A DNA stretch of 64,000 nucleotides from Thermoplasmata archaeon (GCA_020348445.1 CP070751.1:4321723-4385722); one strand, 5' to 3'; shown: positions 1 to 10,673, counted from the first letter of the stretch. The notes: generated by a model not told the origin, from the sequence alone. Numbers and translations are program-made.

Positions 1-267
1 AGGATACTTACTGATGATTGGTCTAAATACAACTGGAATACATGTGTCTATAAACCCAAGAACATGACTTCAAAGGAGCTTCTTGAGGGTTGTTTTTATG
101 CCTTTGAGGAGAGTTACAGCTATAGAAACATATTCCAGCGTCTCTTTTCAAGGCCCAGGGGATTGAAAGAGATCATAATGCTCATGATAATTTCTGGATC
201 AGGTAGATTTGTGATGTCGTTTAGTAAACAATGGTGGGCTGAGGGAAAAGGAGCTGCGTGTTTTTAA
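1..267 (+). CDS. 3' part of a B12-binding radical SAM protein (runs off the window edge); paralog of the next gene
   Basis: Frame is open from base 1 (RILTDDWSKYNWNTCVYKPKNMTSKELLEGCFYAFEESYS) and aligns with the C-terminus of 409..1719 (RILTYDWSQYNWHSVVYKPKNMTSEELLNGCYYAFEESYS). Confidence 0.85.
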   Translation, partial: RILTDDWSKYNWNTCVYKPKNMTSKELLEGCFYAFEESYSYRNIFQRLFSRPRGLKEIIMLMIISGSGRFVMSFSKQWWAEGKGAACF

Positions 268-408
268 TTTTTTAGAGCAACTTAACTCAAATTGGGTTTT
301 ACTGCATCATCGAGTTAGAATGAAATAAATAAGCAAGTTTTAATGGTTTACATGTAAACCAAAAATTATTCGATTATCACGGTCAATATTCTTTAATCGG
401 GTATAAAA

Positions 409-1719
409 ATGCCGTTGAAAATTCTTCTTGTGCAACCCTCAAACAATATCATAAGTGGTGATACCCTAGCACCGCCCCTTTGGCCCAGCATACTTTCATC
501 TATTACTCCCTCCAAACATCAAGTGGATTTCTTACACTGTGGTTTTGAAAAGGCAACAGAGAAAAAGATTTCAGATTATGATTTAGTTGGTATTTCTGTT
601 CTCACAAGCATAGCAAATGAAGCCTATAAGATAGGTGATTTGTGTAGAAGACTTGATGTTGCATGTGTCATGGGTGGTGTTCACACATACATTCTTCCCA
701 AGGAAGCAAAAAGACACTGTGATGCAGTTATTTTAGGTGAAGCAGAGTACGTATGGAAAGATACCTTAAGTGATTGTGAAAACAATATTCTAAAACCTTA
801 TTATTATGGTACTTTAGCAAAGCCCGGGGACTTTCCAATCCCCGATCTTTCCATCTATAAAAAATATAAATTCTTTACCACCAAACTCGCTGAGATAGTG
901 AGAGGGTGTCCCCATAATTGCAGATTTTGTGGAGCAACCATGTACAGTGGAAGAAAATACAGATATAAGGAACTGGATAATCTAATCAAAGAGATAGAGA
1001 ATTGGGACAACAATAGAAAAATAGCTCATTTCACAAACACGAACCTCATCGCCAGTCCCAAAAAAACCATGGAAATCATGGAGAAGATTAAGGATTACAA
1101 CCTCCGGTGGTGGAGTCCATGCAGTGTCGATATATTAGACAATGAAGAACTAATTGCTGCCGTGGCCGAAGCAGGCTGTATGGTATTGCAATTTGGATTC
1201 GACAGTATCTCAAAAGAAACATTAGAGAGTATGAACAAACATTTTAACATAAAAAGAGACTACAAAACCTTGGTTAAGAAATGCCACGATTACGGCATCG
1301 AGGTGGGGGGCTCTTTTATATTTGGGTGGGATACAGATACAAAGGATGTATTCAAGAATACTGTGGAATTTGCCCAGGATGCAGATATCGACATCCCTGC
1401 ATATCTCCCGTTAACCCCTTTTCCAGGGACTGACATATTCAATACTTTTGACGCTCAGGGTAGAATACTCACATATGACTGGTCCCAATACAATTGGCAT
1501 AGTGTCGTGTACAAACCAAAGAATATGACTTCCGAAGAACTTCTTAACGGCTGCTATTATGCATTCGAAGAGAGCTATAGCTTAAATAGTATTTTTCATA
1601 GGTTATTTTCAAGGCCAAGGGGATTTCACGAATTGATATTTTTGCTTTTACTGGCCGGTTTAGGAAGGGTTGTACTTACGGCTAGTAAACCCTATTGGGG
1701 AAGGAAGAAAGAAACCTAA
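409..1719 (+). CDS. Cobalamin-binding radical SAM protein (COG1032/BchE-like, putative methyltransferase)
   Basis: N-terminal B12-binding-like region (DLVGISVLTS, VMGGVH, DAVILGEAE) and CxxxCxxC (RGCPHNCRFC), followed by FIFGWD and LTPFPGT motifs. Confidence 0.85.
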   Translation: MPLKILLVQPSNNIISGDTLAPPLWPSILSSITPSKHQVDFLHCGFEKATEKKISDYDLVGISVLTSIANEAYKIGDLCRRLDVACVMGGVHTYILPKEAKRHCDAVILGEAEYVWKDTLSDCENNILKPYYYGTLAKPGDFPIPDLSIYKKYKFFTTKLAEIVRGCPHNCRFCGATMYSGRKYRYKELDNLIKEIENWDNNRKIAHFTNTNLIASPKKTMEIMEKIKDYNLRWWSPCSVDILDNEELIAAVAEAGCMVLQFGFDSISKETLESMNKHFNIKRDYKTLVKKCHDYGIEVGGSFIFGWDTDTKDVFKNTVEFAQDADIDIPAYLPLTPFPGTDIFNTFDAQGRILTYDWSQYNWHSVVYKPKNMTSEELLNGCYYAFEESYSLNSIFHRLFSRPRGFHELIFLLLLAGLGRVVLTASKPYWGRKKET

Positions 1720-1743
1720 ACATGCAATCGATCCTTTGTAAGC

Positions 1744-2751
1744 TTAAACATTGGGCATGAACTTGCCATAGATGATATATAAGAAGGCCGCCAGCCAGAT
1801 TATAGGGAAGAACAAAAGAAACAGACCATGCCAAATTCCGATTTCACCTATAATCAGAATGGATGTCATTGGCCAGGTTGCCAATTCCTGTGCTCCCAGT
1901 ACCTTCATCAGTTCCACTCTGCGGAACTCTTTAAAACTCAGTGTCTTGATAACTGTGGCCCACATAAGTATGACAAAAAGAAGTATTATTAGGAATTGCA
2001 GGATCCATGGATCATAGAACTCCATAAAACCCAGATAAAACGGAAGGAGAATAACCAGGGTGTGCACCAACTTAATCCCGGATGCATATATCTTGAAATT
2101 CCTGGTGATGATCAAATTCTTACCCATAACCCTGCAGCCCAGGTATACAGGTGACGTTTTTGCACCCGCAAGACGGTCATGTGAAATGTCCTTCACACCT
2201 CCTGTAACACCTGTTTGATAGGTAAGCTGCAAAAAGAAGAGAAAGGCTACAATAAAAACTACTGAGGTAAGATTTGTGGAGACAGTAAGTGCCCCAAATA
2301 TGGTGAAAAAGAATATGCTCATTCCCAAAACGATGTCCGCGCCAAAAAATTTTTTTCCATATAAATCGTATATGCCTCCAAAGGCGATAGCGAGAAGAAG
2401 GGCAAAGGTGGCATATAAATTTCTAAATATAATTACCGCCGCCACAACTGCAACAATAACTGAAATAATTGCGGCAAGTTTTGCATGTTTTCTTTGAATG
2501 GTACCTTTTATAAGGGGCTTTTCTGAGAGTTCCTTAGCAAATCTGTCGACTTCTATATCTGAATATTCGTTCAATATAAAGCCGTATAAATGGAAAAACA
2601 GGCCAATTATAAAGAGAAAAACAAGATGAATAATATCGATTTCGTCTCCCGGCATCATGAGAATTGCACCGAAAACACATGTTATTGCTGTTGCGGCACC
2701 TGCCTGCAATCTTGCCAGTTTGAGCCACTGTCTTAGGGTGCTAATGGACAT
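1744..2751 (-). CDS. UbiA-family prenyltransferase
   Basis: Multi-TM protein with NEYSDIEVD..KP (first Asp-rich motif) and GGVKDISHDRLAGAKTSP (second motif). Confidence 0.8.
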   Translation of the reverse strand: MSISTLRQWLKLARLQAGAATAITCVFGAILMMPGDEIDIIHLVFLFIIGLFFHLYGFILNEYSDIEVDRFAKELSEKPLIKGTIQRKHAKLAAIISVIVAVVAAVIIFRNLYATFALLLAIAFGGIYDLYGKKFFGADIVLGMSIFFFTIFGALTVSTNLTSVVFIVAFLFFLQLTYQTGVTGGVKDISHDRLAGAKTSPVYLGCRVMGKNLIITRNFKIYASGIKLVHTLVILLPFYLGFMEFYDPWILQFLIILLFVILMWATVIKTLSFKEFRRVELMKVLGAQELATWPMTSILIIGEIGIWHGLFLLFFPIIWLAAFLYIIYGKFMPNV

Positions 2752-2806
2752 AATTTTACCAGAGATATAAAAGAATCTCGGTTATTAAAAGTTGGGGTTA
2801 CCAGGT

Positions 2807-3565
2807 TTACCTCCTGTGATTCCAGTTGTGGGTTTCGTATCTCTCCCTTTTTATATCCTCAGCAAGTGCCAGTTCAGATTCTGTCAACTCCCCTTTCTCC
2901 AGTTCTATATCAAGTGATTTTTCAAAACCTTTTGCCAGTGCATCACACACTTCTTGGAAACTGACCTCTCTTGATAATGTGTTCTTAAGGCTGGTCACCC
3001 TTTCTTTCACATCCTTTATTAGCTTATCTTTGATCTTCTCAGAGGACACTTTCAATATCGAAAACATCTTTTCTACATCTGTATCGATAAGCACTGTGCC
3101 ATGCTGGAGAATGGTACGGTTTCGCCTTGTCTGGGCACTACCTGATATCTTTTTCCCTTCGACGATGATGTCATTTAAGGGTACGAATTTGGATATTACT
3201 CCCAGTTCTCCCAATCCCTCAACAATTCCCTGACATATGACTTTATAGGATTCAAGTATGTTGTGCGGGATTAATAGCTGGGCCTCTGGAATTGAAAGAC
3301 TGTATGTCACCTCGCTCTCGTGAAAAACAGCCCCTCCCCCTGTTATCCTCCTGATGTAATCTATGTTTAGGTCTTTACATACTTGCAGGTTCACTTCCTC
3401 TTCCAAGCCCTGAAAGTAACCGATGGAAACAGCAGGTGGGGACCATCCATATAATCTTATAGTTGGTGGTGAGGCACCCTGACCCACGAAAACCATTATC
3501 GCTTCGTCAATGGACATATTTGTTGTGGCATCATTATGCCCCGTTAAAAGCAGCCTCCATTTCAT
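2807..3565 (-). CDS. lplA: Lipoate/octanoate-protein ligase, catalytic subunit (LplA-N)
   Basis: NMSIDEA, RRITGGGAVFH, GKKISGSAQ, LQHGT motifs. Likely start is ATG 3565 (MKWRLL), overlapping the upstream stop; the ORF track starts at 3583. Confidence 0.9.
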   Translation of the reverse strand: MKWRLLLTGHNDATTNMSIDEAIMVFVGQGASPPTIRLYGWSPPAVSIGYFQGLEEEVNLQVCKDLNIDYIRRITGGGAVFHESEVTYSLSIPEAQLLIPHNILESYKVICQGIVEGLGELGVISKFVPLNDIIVEGKKISGSAQTRRNRTILQHGTVLIDTDVEKMFSILKVSSEKIKDKLIKDVKERVTSLKNTLSREVSFQEVCDALAKGFEKSLDIELEKGELTESELALAEDIKRERYETHNWNHRR

Positions 3566-3855
3566 ACTACGTCCTCCTTGCATTTCAATATGGCATCTAC
3601 AACGGCTTTTGGCGTGATTCCAAAAGCGATTAATCCAGATCTTGCAAAGAAATCCCCTACTATATCACCGATGGTTTTTCTTGTGTAGTCCTTTCCCTTG
3701 AGAGCCACTTCAAGATCATCCAGGCTCTCTTCGGGATGAATAAAAAAATCCCCTTTGATCTGCACCCTGGAAATTGTATCCTCCTCAAACTCCACCGTGA
3801 CCTTCAGCAACTTTCCATTTGGAACCTTGTATATGCATTTTCCAACATTAACCAA
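3562..3855 (-). CDS. lplB: Lipoate-protein ligase accessory subunit (LplA C-terminal domain / LplB)
   Basis: YKVPNGKLLKVTVE...VQIKGDFFIHPEESLDDLE signature. Likely TTG start at 3855 after a GGAGG RBS; the longer 4014 start overlaps lipS2. Confidence 0.8.
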   Translation of the reverse strand: MVNVGKCIYKVPNGKLLKVTVEFEEDTISRVQIKGDFFIHPEESLDDLEVALKGKDYTRKTIGDIVGDFFARSGLIAFGITPKAVVDAILKCKEDVV

Positions 3856-4801
3856 TGTATCCCTCCAATCCGCTGATTGCTTTTTGAAGTGCCCTTTGGA
3901 ATTCATCTTTTGAGGGCCCGTAAGGATAATTATACAATGTTTCACCAGGCCTCTCATTGTAGAAAGGACGATTGCATCCTGGACAGCCTGTTGTTTGAAA
4001 TGCCGATGGCTCAACTACATTCATGAGCTCTTTATAATCCATGTCCAAGCCCGTGATATTTCCATGATCATCGTATATGATGTCAGGATCGAAATTATGG
4101 TAGATCAAAAACCTTAACAACTGAATCCTCCTGTATTGCTTTAATCGAGGTGGATTCATATCTTCTAATAAAGTACCTTTTATCGGAGTGAAGGCGAACA
4201 ACCCCAAGGTCACATCATATCTATGGAGCTCTGAAATGAGGTCCACAGTATCTTTTTCACTCTCGCCAAGACCTATGATGAGATGGGTGCTGATTTTACC
4301 ATCAAATTCATCTGCAGCCTGTTTTATCAATTCCATCTGGGATGAGAATGATCCCTCTTTAATCCTTTTAAAAATCTGTGAGTTGGCTGCATCAATGGGC
4401 AGGCCCACAACATCGGCTCCAGCCTCAATTGTATTTCTCACTATTTTGATATCATCAGCTTTAATATCAACGCTGATTGGAAGGTCACACACCGTTCTAA
4501 TTTTTCTTACATACTCCAAAAAATCATCGTGTACATCCGAATGTACAACCTGAAGGCATACCCTCTGGAATCTATCCTGCTTGTCTCTTAATGCGCTAAA
4601 AACAACCTCTTCCTCATATTCGGGCCAGGATATTCTTGAAAGCAACTTCTGATCTGCATGAGAGGATTTTGCCTGTGTGCAAAACTTGCAATCATGAACG
4701 CATCTTCCCGGGGTCATCAGGTGGGCTGTGGTTGGGAGTATATCCATTTTAATTCTTGAGAGTCCCAGGACTTTTGCAGAACCCACAGCAACCCTAATCA
4801 T
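3848..4801 (-). CDS. lipS2: Radical SAM lipoyl synthase subunit LipS2
   Basis: CVHDCKFC cluster motif plus C-terminal TTGCPGCNRP, matching the TxGCPxC(N/D)RP motif of Thermococcus LipS2; lies within the gcv/lpl operon. ATGA overlap gives start 4801. Confidence 0.85.
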   Translation of the reverse strand: MIRVAVGSAKVLGLSRIKMDILPTTAHLMTPGRCVHDCKFCTQAKSSHADQKLLSRISWPEYEEEVVFSALRDKQDRFQRVCLQVVHSDVHDDFLEYVRKIRTVCDLPISVDIKADDIKIVRNTIEAGADVVGLPIDAANSQIFKRIKEGSFSSQMELIKQAADEFDGKISTHLIIGLGESEKDTVDLISELHRYDVTLGLFAFTPIKGTLLEDMNPPRLKQYRRIQLLRFLIYHNFDPDIIYDDHGNITGLDMDYKELMNVVEPSAFQTTGCPGCNRPFYNERPGETLYNYPYGPSKDEFQRALQKAISGLEGYIG

Positions 4802-5604
4802 ATGATACAGCACTCCATGCTTTCGGTTATCTTATAACCCATACCCCGTGCAATCTTTTTTGCATTCTTGGATGGTTGGACTATCCTGTCAATACCGGTT
4901 ATAACACAGAAAGCATCCAGTTCCTCCCTATATGTCCCACCTGGTCTCATGCATCCAAGAAATATTTTGGTATCTTTCATTTTTCTTCTTGCATAGGATA
5001 TAACTCTAAAAACATCCATTAAATCAGGTGGTTTGGCATCTTCAAATTCTGTATCCTTCGTGGGTATGAATACATTGAAAACAACGGCTTCTACTCCAAT
5101 TTCTGATAGAAGATCAATGACCTTATACTCGCCTTTAATTTTACCTTTGTGTAGTCCAATGGTAATATGGGGATATGTCTTGATTTTCTTCATCAAGTAG
5201 CTGTAACTCTCGGAAAAGTCAGAAACTGTTTTATCGAGATTGTAAACCTCATTAATTGTCGAATCATCTCCTATCATGTTGAACGAAGCTGCATGAATGT
5301 AAGGTGAAATAGCATCGACATCCTCTTTGTTTATCAATCCCGTATGTGTAATCACCTTATTATCCTTTGAAAGTTCCCTGATCAGTTCAATATTATCCTT
5401 AATTGGTACAGCTCCTTCTTCATCGCATCCTCCACTAATAAGATAACTCTTTATTTCTTCTTGCTCATCTTTTACACTATAATCTGCGATCTTCATTTGG
5501 CGTAGATAATGTCCATTGCAATGTGCACAGGAAAGAGCACATGAATTTCCAGTAACACTTAAGGGGCGGGTCTTTATCGGATATATAAATGCGATTTCAG
5601 ACAT
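4798..5604 (-). CDS. lipS1: Radical SAM lipoyl synthase subunit LipS1
   Basis: CALSCAHC cluster motif, GCMR and terminal CC (MECCII), matching the GC(M/A)R and CC motifs of LipS1. Confidence 0.85.
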   Translation of the reverse strand: MSEIAFIYPIKTRPLSVTGNSCALSCAHCNGHYLRQMKIADYSVKDEQEEIKSYLISGGCDEEGAVPIKDNIELIRELSKDNKVITHTGLINKEDVDAISPYIHAASFNMIGDDSTINEVYNLDKTVSDFSESYSYLMKKIKTYPHITIGLHKGKIKGEYKVIDLLSEIGVEAVVFNVFIPTKDTEFEDAKPPDLMDVFRVISYARRKMKDTKIFLGCMRPGGTYREELDAFCVITGIDRIVQPSKNAKKIARGMGYKITESMECCII

Positions 5605-7042
5605 CTGAATCACTGGGTTTATATTTTACAATGGGTTTTCTTGCGGCCAAAACACCATCCAATCTCCTTGTAGGAGTAATATGTGGTGCGCTTTTAACGA
5701 TATCTGGATTTGTTTTTGCTTCCTCTGCAATCTTATGCATAGCATCTGCAAATTCATCAAGGGTCTGCTTACTTTCTGTCTCTGTTGGCTCTATCATCAT
5801 TGCCTCTTTGACGATCAATGGGAAATAAATAGTGGGTGGGTGAAAGCCGTAATCTAAAAGGCGCTTGGCTATATCCATCGTACTTACACCGTCCTTTTTC
5901 TGGTTCTCACCAGAAATCACGAATTCGTGCTTGCAAACTACATCATAAGGCAGGAGATAATCTTCTTTTAACTTCCTCATCAGATAGTTGGCGTTGAGAA
6001 CCGCATTTTCAGCCACATCTTTTAGTCCTTGGGATCCAAGCATTCTGATATAGGTAAAAGCCTTAACCATAACACCGAAATTCCCATAAAAAGGTTTTAC
6101 TCTACCTATGGAGTTTGTAACATCGTAATTGAGGATATATTTGTCTTTCTTTTTTTCTATTATCGGGGCAGGCAAGAAATCCTTAAGAAATTCCCTTACA
6201 CCCACTGGCCCGCCTCCAGGGCCACCTCCACCATGGGGTGTAGAAAAGGTCTTGTGAAGATTCAGATGCATCATATCCACACCCATATCCCTTGGTTTAA
6301 CTATGCCAAGCATGGCGTTCATATTCGCCCCATCCAGATATACGAGCCCACCATGGGAATGTACTATTTTGGAGATATTGACAATATCTTTTTCAAATAT
6401 ACCAAGAGTGTTGGGATTGGTGATCATCAGAACAGCTGTGTTTTCATCGGCTGCTGCTGCCAACGCCTCCAAATCCACGGTTCCTTTCCTGTTGGTTTCT
6501 ATCTTTATGGTATCGAATCCGCATCCAACTGAGCTTGCAGGATTGGTCCCATGTGCTGAATCTGGTATTAATATATTCTTTCTCTCTTCCCCTTTTTTCT
6601 TTAAATAGGCCTTTGCCATCATCAGCCCAGTCAATTCACCATGCGCTCCTGCTGCTGGCTGAAGTGTAAAGGCGTCCATACCAGTGATTTCGCAAAGATA
6701 ATTTGAGAGCTTGTACATTAGCTGAAGAGCACCTTGGCTTCCACCTTCAGGTTGATATGGATGCGAATTCCTAAATCCAGGAAATGAAGCAATACTCTCG
6801 TTGATCTTGGGATTGTATTTCATTGTACATGATCCCAATGGGTAAAAACCTGAATCCACCCCGAAATTTTTCAATGATAGACTCGTATAATGCCTTACGA
6901 CATCTATTTCTGAAAGTTCAGGTAGGTTCAAATCCTCCCTTAAATACTCCTCTGGAATGTTTAAATCTGATTTTGGAACTCCTGGTTTGGGGAGGGTAAC
7001 ACCCATTCTTCCTGAGACACTTTTTTCAAATATCAATTTCAA
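5597..7042 (-). CDS. gcvPB: Glycine dehydrogenase (decarboxylating) subunit 2
   Basis: [38 protein letters not shown] (PLP lysine), [10 protein letters not shown]. Confidence 0.97.
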   Translation of the reverse strand: MKLIFEKSVSGRMGVTLPKPGVPKSDLNIPEEYLREDLNLPELSEIDVVRHYTSLSLKNFGVDSGFYPLGSCTMKYNPKINESIASFPGFRNSHPYQPEGGSQGALQLMYKLSNYLCEITGMDAFTLQPAAGAHGELTGLMMAKAYLKKKGEERKNILIPDSAHGTNPASSVGCGFDTIKIETNRKGTVDLEALAAAADENTAVLMITNPNTLGIFEKDIVNISKIVHSHGGLVYLDGANMNAMLGIVKPRDMGVDMMHLNLHKTFSTPHGGGGPGGGPVGVREFLKDFLPAPIIEKKKDKYILNYDVTNSIGRVKPFYGNFGVMVKAFTYIRMLGSQGLKDVAENAVLNANYLMRKLKEDYLLPYDVVCKHEFVISGENQKKDGVSTMDIAKRLLDYGFHPPTIYFPLIVKEAMMIEPTETESKQTLDEFADAMHKIAEEAKTNPDIVKSAPHITPTRRLDGVLAARKPIVKYKPSDSDV

Positions 7043-8385
7043 GGCAATCCCTCCGCAATTGCGTTTACTAGCTCGTCAATCTGGCTTTTGGTGTTCATCT
7101 CAGTTACACATAGCAACATACAGTTTTCCATTTCCTCATAATATTTCCCCACCTCAAATCCACCTAAGATATTCTTTGAAAGCAAGGTCCTGTTGATCTC
7201 TTTTGGAGATTTTGGACATTCTATTAAAAATTCGTTGAAAAATGGCACAGAAAAACGCATCTCAAATCCTTTCACATCTGATATCTTCTTGCTGGCATAA
7301 TGCGCTCTTTGGTAACATATTTCTGCAGCCTCTTTTAATCCATGTTTGCCCATTACAGCCAGATATATTGTGGCTGCTAGGGCATTTAGAGCCTGGTTTG
7401 TGCAAATATTTGATGTAGCCCTTTCCCTCCTAATATGCTGCTCTCTTGTCTGGAGAGTTAGTATGAATCCTCTTTCACCACTTGTGTCAAGGGTGAGGCC
7501 GGAAATTCTGCCTGGTATCTTTTTAAGGAATTCTTCTTTGGTTGCCATAAAACCCAGATGGGGACCACCGTAGTTTAGGGGATTACCTAGGGCCTGGGCC
7601 TCACCAACCACTACATCAGCTCCAAAAGCGCCTGGAGGTTTCAGAAGACCAAGTGATATGGGCTCCACAACATTTGTAACAAAAATAGAATCGTTTTTAT
7701 GGGCCAAATCTCCAATCTCTTTTAATTCTTCTATATTACCAAAAAAATTTGGAAATTGAACGATCACACAGGCACACGAATCATTTAACTTGGTCTTTAT
7801 ATCTTTGATATCGGAAAGGCCATTTTCCATTTCAGTCTCAAGAATTTTTAATCCAAAGGCGTTTGCATATGTTTTAAGAACATGACGGTATTCAGGATGG
7901 ACAGCCTTTGAAATCATAATGCTTTTTTTCTCAGTATACTTTGCAGCCAAAATCGCGGCCTCAGACAAGGCACTTGCCCCATCGTACATTGAGGCATTGG
8001 CTGCGTCCATTCCTGTAAGCTCACATATCATGCTTTGAAATTCAAAAATGGATTGCAGCATACCTTGACTCATCTCGGCCTGATAAGGTGTATAGGAGGT
8101 ATAGAATTCACCTCTTAGAAGTAAATGGTCAACAACACTCGGTATGAAATGGTAATATGCACCTGCTCCTAGAAAACACGCAAAATCCTGCATATTATGA
8201 TTAGAACTTGAGAGTTCGCCAAGGTAATCTATAATCTCAATTTCGGACATGGGCTCAGGGAGTTTTAGATCATCTTTATTTCTAATTCCGGCATCCACAT
8301 CCTCAAACAGTTCCGTAATAGAGGAAATACCCAGAAAATCCATCATTTCCTCCCTTTCTTTCTTTGTGTTCGGGACGAAATTCAT
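7039..8385 (-). CDS. gcvPA: Glycine dehydrogenase (decarboxylating) subunit 1
   Basis: [54 protein letters not shown]. Confidence 0.97.
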   Translation of the reverse strand: MNFVPNTKKEREEMMDFLGISSITELFEDVDAGIRNKDDLKLPEPMSEIEIIDYLGELSSSNHNMQDFACFLGAGAYYHFIPSVVDHLLLRGEFYTSYTPYQAEMSQGMLQSIFEFQSMICELTGMDAANASMYDGASALSEAAILAAKYTEKKSIMISKAVHPEYRHVLKTYANAFGLKILETEMENGLSDIKDIKTKLNDSCACVIVQFPNFFGNIEELKEIGDLAHKNDSIFVTNVVEPISLGLLKPPGAFGADVVVGEAQALGNPLNYGGPHLGFMATKEEFLKKIPGRISGLTLDTSGERGFILTLQTREQHIRRERATSNICTNQALNALAATIYLAVMGKHGLKEAAEICYQRAHYASKKISDVKGFEMRFSVPFFNEFLIECPKSPKEINRTLLSKNILGGFEVGKYYEEMENCMLLCVTEMNTKSQIDELVNAIAEGLP

Positions 8386-8774
8386 GCTCCTTCCGCCTCT
8401 TTTTCCACATGAGCCTCGTATTCCTCAGCATTCATAAGATCTTCCAGCTCATTTGGATTTTTGATATTCAGTTTAAGAATCCAGCCTTCACCGTATGGAT
8501 CCTCGTTTAAAAGCTCGGGTCTGGATTCGAGTTCACTGTTGATCTCCAAGATCTCACCCGAAATCGGGGCATACACGTCTGATGTGGTTTTCATGGAATC
8601 TATCAAGGCCAGGCTCTCGCCTATACTGAACTCCTTGCCGACTTTTGGGAACTCAACTGAAACGATGTCCCCCAGTTGCTCCTGGGCAAAATTCGTAATT
8701 CCTATGGTGGCAACACTTCCTTCAACCTTTATCCATTCATGCTCCTTAGTATATTTGCAATCCTTTGGATTCAT
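8382..8774 (-). CDS. gcvH: Glycine cleavage system H protein
   Basis: YTKEHEW, GITNFAQEQLGDIV, lipoyl-lysine motif DSMKTTSDVYAPISG, NEDPYGEGW; GGAGG RBS before ATG 8774. Confidence 0.95.
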   Translation of the reverse strand: MNPKDCKYTKEHEWIKVEGSVATIGITNFAQEQLGDIVSVEFPKVGKEFSIGESLALIDSMKTTSDVYAPISGEILEINSELESRPELLNEDPYGEGWILKLNIKNPNELEDLMNAEEYEAHVEKEAEGA

Positions 8775-8933
8775 ATTCTGCCTCCAAATCCTATGGGTCA
8801 ATAATCACTCTTTCGCCAAAAACATTGTAATAGGATAAAAATTTTTGCGAAAGAAGGAAAATATGTTGATAAATATCGCTTTCTAAAAATGAAAATAGGA
8901 TTTCATATGTAATTAACGTCTTAAACAACAACC

Positions 8934-9437
8934 CTAGTTCAGCTTAGCCCATCCAGATGTCTCGCCTGTAGATTTGTATACGATCTTTATTAAGTCGCCA
9001 ACTCCTCCATCCTCAATAACTATGACATCTGGTCCATCCAATTTGTCATTATCATTTATATTCTCAAATGTAATGTTCAGACCACCTGTGATTTCTTTTT
9101 GCGTTTCTACATCAGGGTCTAAAATAATGGACTCACCCAAACTTGCATCGGTTACAACGATTTCGATTTTATCAAGCTTCACTGAACCCTCAAATTTACC
9201 ATTGTACTTATTTTGAATATCAGGGTCACTATTGAAATATAAAACACCTCTGGGTGTGAACTCTGATTCGGATATCATATTGCTTACCATTATGTAAAGC
9301 AGGGACACAAGAACCACTGTTATGCCCACTAGAAGAATCACAGCTATTACTGGAGAAACTCCTTTCCTATCCAAGTGCTTTAGTTTAATAGACTGTTTTT
9401 TTAGAAAAAATGGCCCATCATTATCCATTCTTATCAT
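8934..9437 (-). CDS. Archaeal type IV pilin-like protein (class III signal peptide)
   Basis: DRKG/VSPVIAVILLVGITVVLVSLLYIMV prepilin motif (DUF1628/Pilin_N type). Start uncertain (9437 has a GGAGG RBS; the track starts at 9461). Confidence 0.85.
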   Translation of the reverse strand: MIRMDNDGPFFLKKQSIKLKHLDRKGVSPVIAVILLVGITVVLVSLLYIMVSNMISESEFTPRGVLYFNSDPDIQNKYNGKFEGSVKLDKIEIVVTDASLGESIILDPDVETQKEITGGLNITFENINDNDKLDGPDVIVIEDGGVGDLIKIVYKSTGETSGWAKLN

Positions 9438-9720
9438 ATCACTTTCCTCCATCTTCAACAACTATAGTTATGCTTATCCACAATATAAATATTGTGATTG
9501 CCAAGCAAAATGCCCGCTGTATTATAAAAAAATCTATTTTCTCGTAAAAAAATACAAACTGAGATTAAAACTTCCTTTACTTCCAGAAATCCAAGAAATT
9601 TATGATTTCCTGATTTGAATCCTAATAATTAGGTCCAAATCTTAGATTTAACCGCTTAAAAGAGGAAATTAATAGATTTTATGGAAAAAAACCATCTATT
9701 ATTGGTATAATTAGTCCAAT

Positions 9721-9756
9721 AAATAAAAAATAAAAAAAAAGGGAAAATATCCCTTA
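9721..9756 (-). terminator. Putative terminator after the upstream pilin gene
   Basis: On the minus strand: AGGGA-TATTT-TCCCT hairpin followed by a long T run, just after the stop at 9760. Confidence 0.55.
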
Positions 9757-9759
9757 GTC

Positions 9760-10215
9760 TTATAGAGTCACTGTTCCGACGGTCCCACCAGTCTTTTTGT
9801 ACGTTACTGTAACTATATCGCCTGCCGCACCTCCACCTACTGTCAAGGTGTCAGTGCCGTCCAGTTTTCCAGTGGTGCCGACGTCATCATATATAAGCCA
9901 AGCCCCGCCTGATACTGAAGCATTAGCTCCGTCTGATGGGGGATCCATTATCGCTGACTTCCCCACGCTTGTATCGCGGAGGGTAATGGTGATCTTGTCG
10001 AGAGCTACGTTTCCCTCGAACTGCAGATTATATTGGTTTGCTATTGTTTCGTCAGGGACGGCTCTTAGGCTACCCCTAGGTGTGGTTTCTGTCTCTTGCA
10101 TCATGCCTGAGACCATCACATACAAAACAGCCGCCAATACCACGGTTATAGCCACCATCAAGATGACGGCGATAACCGGAGACACGCCTTCTTCATCTCT
10201 CTTAAATATTTTCAT
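9760..10215 (-). CDS. Archaeal type IV pilin-like protein (class III signal peptide)
   Basis: MKIFKRDEEG/VSPVIAVILMVAITVVLAAVLYVMV; GGAGG RBS before ATG 10215; mature domain similar to the adjacent pilin. Confidence 0.9.
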   Translation of the reverse strand: MKIFKRDEEGVSPVIAVILMVAITVVLAAVLYVMVSGMMQETETTPRGSLRAVPDETIANQYNLQFEGNVALDKITITLRDTSVGKSAIMDPPSDGANASVSGGAWLIYDDVGTTGKLDGTDTLTVGGGAAGDIVTVTYKKTGGTVGTVTL

Positions 10216-10350
10216 GTTTTTGTCCTCCGTAGGTTTCCCTACAATTTTGTACATATATTGGGGGGGTTATAAATCTTTTCATTGAGAGGTCATAGATGAG
10301 AATCATCTGGATGCAAAATATCTTCAAGTTTAGGATTGACCAAAATAATG

Positions 10351-10593
10351 TTATATCGACCCATACCGCACGCCAGGGAGGGTTTTTGTTTCTCTGACAC
10401 CAGGAATACGTCTGATTTTATCGATAACGATCTTGGTCAGCTCCTCCAGGTTCTCGCATTCCACCTTGACAGATATATCGTACACCCCAAAAAGAAGGTG
10501 AGCTTCTCTTACCCCCTTTACCTTTCTGACCGCGGCCTCAACATCTCGTTCTGTCCCTGTTTCTGTTTTAATTAAAACCAAACTAACCAACAT
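10351..10593 (-). CDS. Lrp/AsnC ligand-binding (RAM) domain protein
   Basis: 80 aa with LLFGVYDISVKV and KIRRIPGVRETKT; no HTH. Confidence 0.85.
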   Translation of the reverse strand: MLVSLVLIKTETGTERDVEAAVRKVKGVREAHLLFGVYDISVKVECENLEELTKIVIDKIRRIPGVRETKTLPGVRYGSI

Positions 10594-10673
10594 GATATCA
10601 AGGGGTAATCGTATGTCGGATATTAATATCTATCCCAATTTTAGATTTATTATATTGAAACTGTAATGACTGC

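Noticed and set aside
3856-4014. N-terminal extension of the LplB ORF, and similar extensions on hpt, gcvH, guaAB, rpl7ae and the 28705 regulator
   Set aside because: The extensions overlap neighbouring genes or promoters and lack family similarity; better RBS-supported starts exist downstream.
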